From a virus (Duplodnaviria; Caudoviricetes), in the IMG/VR virus record IMGVR_UViG_3300025534_000018, positions 1-39,963 of that record: 39,963 bases of DNA. One strand, 5' to 3'. How positions within the stretch are numbered: position 1 is the stretch's first letter; each line of letters starts with the position of its first letter. Below, piece after piece: positions 35,192 through 39,963 of the stretch. The position numbers were made by a program, and so were the translations under genes. Below the pieces are notes generated by a model that did not search any database, was not told the DNA's origin, and saw only the letters and a program-made list of their open reading frames with translations.

Positions 35192-35416
35192 TCATCCATT
35201 ACCAGAAACGCGCCTAGAAATGGCGTATATTTCGTTTAACGCGAAATTATGAGGGAGGACAGGAACCGTATAGTCAAGTTGATACACAATAAACATCCTC
35301 CCCTCCCTTCTGAGCCTGTCTATCAACTCAGCTTGACCTATGAGTGTATACACCCACTTGTGCCGGATTTTATCTCCTTCCCACCACGTTATCTTTGCTA
35401 TTGCTGTACGGTCTAT
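35192..35416 (-). CDS. Hypothetical protein with probable ATA start (74 aa)
   Basis: Open frame (I/M)DRTAIAKITWWEGDKIRHKW...; GGCGGTGA SD-like element; overlaps upstream stop. Confidence 0.45.
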   Translation of the reverse strand: MDRTAIAKITWWEGDKIRHKWVYTLIGQAELIDRLRREGRMFIVYQLDYTVPVLPHNFALNEIYAISRRVSGNG

Positions 35417-35751
35417 AGTTCCATCACCGCCAGAAGTGCGGCCTTCGCGATCGCCCCGGCCGGTTTGTTTGACTTCGCATATGCGATTTGATTTGCAGGA
35501 TCAGCTTCGTATACACCGACCGACGTTTCTTCATACGGCAAGAGTTCAATGCATACCACGTATCCTTGTTTTTGCAGTTGTTCCGCCACTTCCCACGCGG
35601 CGGATATGTCGGTGGAATAACGGTCAATCATGACTCTTACGCCGTTCTTCTCGCGAAATTGACCATGTACGGTATATCCCATTACCTTCTCAGCCACAAG
35701 TGCATCTAGTTCACGCCCCGGAGCCAGCGCCAACACTTCTTCTCTCGTCAT
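35413..35751 (-). CDS. Phage ABA-sandwich domain (BC1872-like) protein
   Basis: PGRELDALVAEKVMG...YSTDISAAWEV...AIAKAALLAV. Confidence 0.8.
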   Translation of the reverse strand: MTREEVLALAPGRELDALVAEKVMGYTVHGQFREKNGVRVMIDRYSTDISAAWEVAEQLQKQGYVVCIELLPYEETSVGVYEADPANQIAYAKSNKPAGAIAKAALLAVMEL

Positions 35752-35884
35752 TCTTTACCACCTCACTCTTGTGTATTCTTACAAACTTCTTTCTCCCGAT
35801 TTTGCAAATATAGTATTTGTCTAGTTCGCCGATTACAACAAAGGATTGTCCTCTCCATCTTGACTTTGGTTTTGTCTGGATCAT
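35711..35884 (-). CDS. Small basic hypothetical protein (57 aa)
   Basis: Read manually, MIQTKPKSRWRG...; GAGG/AGGAG SD, ATGA overlap. Confidence 0.5.
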   Translation of the reverse strand: MIQTKPKSRWRGQSFVVIGELDKYYICKIGRKKFVRIHKSEVVKNDERRSVGAGSGA

Positions 35885-36249
35885 GCTCCTACCTCCTTGA
35901 TCGGGATATTGTACTTGTACTCAAATAGCCGCTTTTTCAGCTTGTAGGCTTCTGTCCGTACTCCCTTTACATCGATGATCTCCTGCCGTCCGTCTGCGTA
36001 TGTTACACGAAAGTCTGCGATATAGTACGTTGCCCTGATCTTTCGTCCCGTCTCTGGATGGGTGTAGCTTGGGATCAGTTCAAACTTGGGCTGGAGTTCA
36101 AAATCCGTTACGATGCCGGCACGCTGCAATAGCTTAAGTTCGTGGTAATAGTTTGCTTCGGCTAGGGAGTCAAAGGTGATACCGTCGATCCTTGTTTTCT
36201 TTGCGCCGTATTTGTGGGTTCTAAATCTAAGTTTCCTGTTCATCCTCAT
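35881..36249 (-). CDS. DUF1064 family PD-(D/E)xK nuclease-like protein
   Basis: KYGAKK..IDGITFDSLAEA...FELQP...YIADF..DVKG; real start probably MNRK at 36243. Confidence 0.88.
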   Translation of the reverse strand: MRMNRKLRFRTHKYGAKKTRIDGITFDSLAEANYYHELKLLQRAGIVTDFELQPKFELIPSYTHPETGRKIRATYYIADFRVTYADGRQEIIDVKGVRTEAYKLKKRLFEYKYNIPIKEVGA

Positions 36250-36427
36250 CCTCCTTCCTAACCACCCAAGGTTTATGTTTCCTCAGATCATGCTTTGTAG
36301 GCGTACCTGGTTCACGTGTGCTGTATACCATGCCGCGTATGAGTTCACGTAAAAGGGGTTTCCCCCTCGTACATTCAAATTCTTGCCATTCTTTCTCTGT
36401 CATGGGCATGGAGAAGTCCACCTCCAA
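36227..36427 (-). CDS. Hypothetical protein
   Basis: Probable start MPMTEKEW after GGAGGTG SD. Confidence 0.55.
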   Translation of the reverse strand: MEVDFSMPMTEKEWQEFECTRGKPLLRELIRGMVYSTREPGTPTKHDLRKHKPWVVRKEDEDEQET

Positions 36428-36531
36428 TCTTCCATTCTCGGCGCCCTCTCACTCTCCAGCATGTCTCTCCATTCCCGTTCTATATCCTGTCGTATAAGTT
36501 CACACAGCTCTTCGATGCTGATCTCGTCCAT
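36400..36531 (-). CDS. Small acidic hypothetical protein (43 aa)
   Basis: Read manually, MDEISIEELCELIRQD...; starts right after the ATPase stop. Confidence 0.45.
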   Translation of the reverse strand: MDEISIEELCELIRQDIEREWRDMLESERAPRMEDWRWTSPCP

Positions 36532-37347
36532 TTACGCACCTTCTCTCAACCGGTAATTGAGTTCACGACCGCCGATCATAAAAACGGTGTAATCCATGCA
36601 CATTTCCGCTAAACGACTTCCTAATCCTTCGTCCAGGTCGATGATCTCGTCCATCATCTTTTCGCTCGAAATGAGCATGGGTCGCTTATTGAGATAGCGA
36701 TCATTCACGACCGCGAATAGTTGCTCTAGTTGGAACTCGGTCGGCATCTTCCTGCCTTTAAAGAGATCGTCGATGTACAACACCGGAACTGTCTGCATCT
36801 GCCGTATACGCTCGTCCAGCTTTGAGAAGTCGTCCTTTAGGTTGTTTAGTGCCTCCACCCACGGAAAGTACATCACTGGAACACGATGTTGAATGAGGTA
36901 GTTTGCCACCGCCATGAGCAGATGGGTCTTTCCAGACCCTGGCCTTCCCATGATGGCAATGCTGTTCTTGCGTGTGTCTTTGATCGAGTCAAAGTTCGCT
37001 GCATAAGTTTTGGCGCACTCATAGGCTCCGTGTACGGATGATGGTCTGCCCGTTAGGATGAAGTTGTCGAAGGACTTAGCCTGGAATTCCTCAGATATTC
37101 GACTGGCCTTGAACAGATTCCGTATTTTCGCCTGATTAGAGCATTCACAAGGAATCCACGCTTCGTACTCGTATCCAAGTTCCTCGTTCCAACGTTTTGT
37201 GAAAAATCCACCACGGTCATTGCACAACTCGCAAGCGATCCTGTAGTTCTGCATTTCCTGCTGTTCTGATCCAGCCTGATTTTTGAGGTTTTGGATTCTC
37301 TTCTTGATCAGTTCGAGATCGAAGCTGACTTGTCTCACTTCGTTCAC
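36532..37347 (-). CDS. DnaC/IstB-like helicase loader ATPase
   Basis: CELC...CEC zinc site, GRPGSGKTHL Walker A, VLYIDDLFK Walker B, GLGSRL arginine finger. Confidence 0.92.
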   Translation of the reverse strand: MNEVRQVSFDLELIKKRIQNLKNQAGSEQQEMQNYRIACELCNDRGGFFTKRWNEELGYEYEAWIPCECSNQAKIRNLFKASRISEEFQAKSFDNFILTGRPSSVHGAYECAKTYAANFDSIKDTRKNSIAIMGRPGSGKTHLLMAVANYLIQHRVPVMYFPWVEALNNLKDDFSKLDERIRQMQTVPVLYIDDLFKGRKMPTEFQLEQLFAVVNDRYLNKRPMLISSEKMMDEIIDLDEGLGSRLAEMCMDYTVFMIGGRELNYRLREGA

Positions 37348-38041
37348 CTACTTTCCGCTGCTGATAGTTTTCCCAATCCTGATAGATTCCAGCTTCACAA
37401 TATGAGAAGGTGCGGATGGAATCCTTCGGATGTTTTGGCTTGAAGTTCTCAAACTGACGGTCTATACTCCTGATAATGAAATCTGTCGGGATTCCGTGCG
37501 CCAACATTTCTTGCATGATTCGCAAATCTTCTGGCGTAACATGGAACCCTTTTCCCCTTCTTCGAACAAAATGCTGTTCGATTTTTACGATTGGAGACCC
37601 TATATCATAATCATCTATATATTTATTGTCATTATTATCATTATTGATTGTGTCTCCGTGTGGTCTCCGTGTGGTCTCCGTGTGGTCTCCGTGTGGTCGT
37701 TCTGTGGTTTCTCGATTCTGGTAATCCTCATAGTTTACAATGAAAATCGCGGTTTTTTTGCGGTCTGATTTTTTGATAATCATTCCGTCTTTCTCGCAAA
37801 GTTCCAGAAAGTTTCGTAATTTGGTCTTCGACCAGCCCCACCGTTCCATCAGTTTGAGTTCTGACGTAACGACCTCTCCACGCTTCGCTTCCACGATCTC
37901 ATTGCCGAGAGGAAACCTGGTATCCTTGTGGTTAGCCATCAACAGCAGATCGATCCATGCTTCAAATCTTGAGAACACCCGTTTTTCCTCATAGAGCCAG
38001 TGATGTGTGATCCGTCTGTGTATGCTTATCCAACCTTCCAC
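37217..38041 (-). CDS. Replication initiator (N-terminal wHTH, DnaD-like C-terminus)
   Basis: MEGWISIHR...EAWIDLLLMANH...RGEVVTSELKLMERWGWS; internal iterons; upstream of loader. Confidence 0.88.
   Translation of the reverse strand: MEGWISIHRRITHHWLYEEKRVFSRFEAWIDLLLMANHKDTRFPLGNEIVEAKRGEVVTSELKLMERWGWSKTKLRNFLELCEKDGMIIKKSDRKKTAIFIVNYEDYQNRETTERPHGDHTETTRRPHGDTINNDNNDNKYIDDYDIGSPIVKIEQHFVRRRGKGFHVTPEDLRIMQEMLAHGIPTDFIIRSIDRQFENFKPKHPKDSIRTFSYCEAGIYQDWENYQQRKVGERSETSQLRSRTDQEENPKPQKSGWIRTAGNAELQDRLRVVQ
37601..37698. repeat. Replication origin: 4 tandem 11-bp iterons plus AT-rich tract
   Basis: GTCTCCGTGTG x4 at 37652-37695 adjoining AT-rich 37601-37650, inside the initiator gene. Confidence 0.85.
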
Positions 38042-38098
38042 ATCTTCACCCCTCCTTTGAAGGAAGGGGAATGGATACCCCTTCCTTTGTGTGATTAT

Positions 38099-38311
38099 TC
38101 AAGCCGACTTACTCTTAAGCCGCTCAATCATAATCCTTGCCTTTTCTGCTTCCTGCTCGTGATACCGATATCCGTTTGGATCGTGTTCTAAACCTTGCAT
38201 CCTTTCGGTGTGGTGAGTGAGCAGCATCTGCCAGAAATGAATTGATTTCTCTGGGTCAATCGCTTGTTTCAGGAGCACCCTTCTGTTCCTCCAATCCGGC
38301 GAGCTTTGCAA
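38099..38311 (-). CDS. Hypothetical protein
   Basis: Real start probably GTG near 38278 after GGAGG SD. Confidence 0.55.
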   Translation of the reverse strand: MQSSPDWRNRRVLLKQAIDPEKSIHFWQMLLTHHTERMQGLEHDPNGYRYHEQEAEKARIMIERLKSKSA

Positions 38312-38555
38312 GCTCCGCCATCGCTTTTGTTTTGACGGAGGGAATGTCGTGATGATAGTCGATCATCGCCAACCGCCACTCCAGCACCTTGCGGGCGACT
38401 TCGGCGGGGGATTCGGTGACTATACAATCACCGTCATAAACCGTTGTTTCAACATACGTATTACCTTCTTGGTTAACATGCTTTCCAATCGAAACAATGT
38501 GGTCAGGATTCACGTACCATGCTTCATTGCTGTTTTTCAGAGTCAACCGTATCAT
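38256..38555 (-). CDS. FlbD/SwrD-family protein
   Basis: MIRLT...YVNPDHI...T...IVTESPAEVARKVLEWR pattern of the FlbD family; AAAGGAG SD. Confidence 0.7.
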   Translation of the reverse strand: MIRLTLKNSNEAWYVNPDHIVSIGKHVNQEGNTYVETTVYDGDCIVTESPAEVARKVLEWRLAMIDYHHDIPSVKTKAMAELAKLAGLEEQKGAPETSD

Positions 38556-38737
38556 TCGTTCTCGTCTCCTTTCTCGACTTCTTCCCAATATGCGTCATAA
38601 CGTGCGGCTCCGCTTAAAATACCTTCTTTTGTTTTTACAGCGAAATATCCACCATATTTTTCCCGTAAAAATTCCCGAAAATCTCCTTCGCAAATTTGGA
38701 GAACTGCGCCGTCTGATCTTCGCACAAGCCTATACAT
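38552..38737 (-). CDS. Hypothetical protein
   Basis: Start MYRLVRRSDG after AAGGAG SD. Confidence 0.6.
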   Translation of the reverse strand: MYRLVRRSDGAVLQICEGDFREFLREKYGGYFAVKTKEGILSGAARYDAYWEEVEKGDENE

Positions 38738-39140
38738 CGTTCCCGTCTCCTTCCGGTGCGTTGATGCTGATTTCACATCCGCAACACGGGCATTCAATCC
38801 GTTTCACCTTCGCCGCATTGGTCGGTTCGCTCGTGGTGGAGAGGGCTTCGTCGATGATCCGTTCGACGCGTTCAATCGCGTTTGCGGGATCGCCCCAGCG
38901 CAATTCCGATTGTGCCATCTCCAACGACGCCCGCAAACGCTGGATTTCGCTGTCAAGTTGAGCATTCTCGCGTCCCAATACTTCTGCTATCGCCTTCCAT
39001 GTACCCTCGGATTCATCGGCGTCAAATGCGCCGGATAATACCGCATTCCTAAAGTCATGGTAAGATTCAAGATCAAAGAATATTGTTGCGTTTTGTTTCG
39101 TGTACTCCAACACCGCTTTCTTGTTCAGGTATTCACTCAT
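38730..39140 (-). CDS. Hypothetical modular protein with CPCC zinc-ribbon-like insert
   Basis: Start MSEYLNKK after AAAGGAG SD; ends shared with ORFs 1288-1464 and 971-1291. Confidence 0.65.
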   Translation of the reverse strand: MSEYLNKKAVLEYTKQNATIFFDLESYHDFRNAVLSGAFDADESEGTWKAIAEVLGRENAQLDSEIQRLRASLEMAQSELRWGDPANAIERVERIIDEALSTTSEPTNAAKVKRIECPCCGCEISINAPEGDGNDV

Positions 39141-39157
39141 GCGTGTTCGCTCCTTTC

Positions 39158-39550
39158 TCAATACCTGTAATGTCCGCCCGTGTGCTGTATCTCGCCTTCG
39201 TCCTCGTCAAGGCGGTTTTCCTTTCGCTGCTTCTCAATAAACTTTTTCAGCATGTCGCGTATTTCCCGTTCTTGTTCGCACGACATGGCGATGTTTTGCT
39301 TGTACAATTCCAGCAATTCATCAAACGTCACAAATTCAATGTATGGAAACGGTTCATATTCGTCTTCCTTGGCTACGAAGCTGTATTCATTATCTCCATG
39401 ACTTCTATCTGTCGATGTCATGTTTTGCAAATTTACGTACTGTATGCCGCCGGTTTCATCATCGACGTACAAGTGGTCGTGGCTGTTTGTACCTACAATG
39501 TGTTCGTGTCCCGTCAATTTGTCACGGACTCTGATGACCGGAAATCTCAC
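39158..39550 (-). CDS. Hypothetical protein
   Basis: 130 aa, AAAGGAG SD, GTG start. Confidence 0.7.
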   Translation of the reverse strand: MRFPVIRVRDKLTGHEHIVGTNSHDHLYVDDETGGIQYVNLQNMTSTDRSHGDNEYSFVAKEDEYEPFPYIEFVTFDELLELYKQNIAMSCEQEREIRDMLKKFIEKQRKENRLDEDEGEIQHTGGHYRY

Positions 39551-39565
39551 CGCCGTTCGCTCCTT

Positions 39566-39760
39566 TCACATCTCACATTTTCCGCCGGGGCAATCATTCC
39601 CGTATACCTGTGACTCATCCGGCATATTATCTGGTAACCATCTCAGCGCTTGCCTCAACTGCGTCAATGTCGTCGCGTCCAGATCACCGTGTTCTTCGAT
39701 CACATCGACGATTGCAGCAATTCGGTCGAGACGCTCTTGCAAAATTTCTTCGCGTGTCAT
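39566..39760 (-). CDS. Hypothetical protein, paralog of the C-terminus of 1641-2273
   Basis: LQERLDR...YGNDCPGGKCEM shared. Confidence 0.7.
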   Translation of the reverse strand: MTREEILQERLDRIAAIVDVIEEHGDLDATTLTQLRQALRWLPDNMPDESQVYGNDCPGGKCEM

Positions 39761-39963
39761 TCCACCGTCACCCCGATTTCTGCCAGCAATGTTCTCGCCC
39801 TGCGCCCACCGTCATTGATCTCTCTGCCGCGTGCTAGACGCTCGTAAAACCGCAAACACTCGATCAGTTTATTTCGTTGATCAAAATACCTTTCGCAATC
39901 TTCTTCCAGATCGTTGATGATTCGCGCGTAAGATTCAGCCACTTTTTTCAGCAGTTCGTTTTG
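39757..39963 (-). CDS. Hypothetical protein, probably 5'-truncated by the window edge
   Basis: Frame is open to the end of the window (QNELLKKVAESY...). Confidence 0.55.
   Translation of the reverse strand, partial: QNELLKKVAESYARIINDLEEDCERYFDQRNKLIECLRFYERLARGREINDGGRRARTLLAEIGVTVE

Larger units (their letters stand above)
1..39963. mobile_element. Temperate podovirus-like phage genome, permuted and unintegrated
   Basis: Full set of lysogeny, replication, packaging, head, short-tail and lysis genes; no host genes; early genes at both ends on the same strand. Confidence 0.9.

Noticed and set aside
37652-37698. CRISPR-like or VNTR repeat
   Set aside because: Spacer-less 11-bp tandem repeats inside the initiator next to an AT-rich tract are standard phage origin iterons

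Overview
The window is almost certainly a near-complete, circularly permuted temperate phage genome of a Bacillota host. Paenibacillaceae-like is my inference from gene content and Gram-positive SD/SOS-box signals. It is in excised/virion configuration: a large serine integrase and its candidate attP lie mid-window with phage genes on both sides. Order: early accessory/recombination genes (DNA MTase, HNH-like, SSB, Rad52/Sak-like, BRO-KilAC antirepressor), cro/cI switch, SOS-box locus, integrase and attP, a non-coding RNA locus, lysis, podovirus-type virion genes (LPD38-type giant protein, nozzle, beta-helix spike, adaptor, MCP, scaffold, portal, terminase), a counter-oriented RHH moron, late activator, replication (initiator with iterons, DnaC-like loader) and more early genes. 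The least explained signals are: (1) a promoter-to-terminator RNA unit beside attP made of a 120-nt Leu-type tRNA mimic with no anticodon arm plus a ~250-nt highly paired RNA; (2) a thrice-repeated, covarying pseudoknot-like RNA motif at the scaffold gene start; (3) a LexA-box-controlled 43-aa candidate antirepressor resembling the repressor C-terminus; (4) a degenerate duplication of the early region with conserved junctions and swapped cargo. A type I toxin-antitoxin locus is also present. All family calls are from motif recognition, not database searches, and RNA structures were paired by eye.
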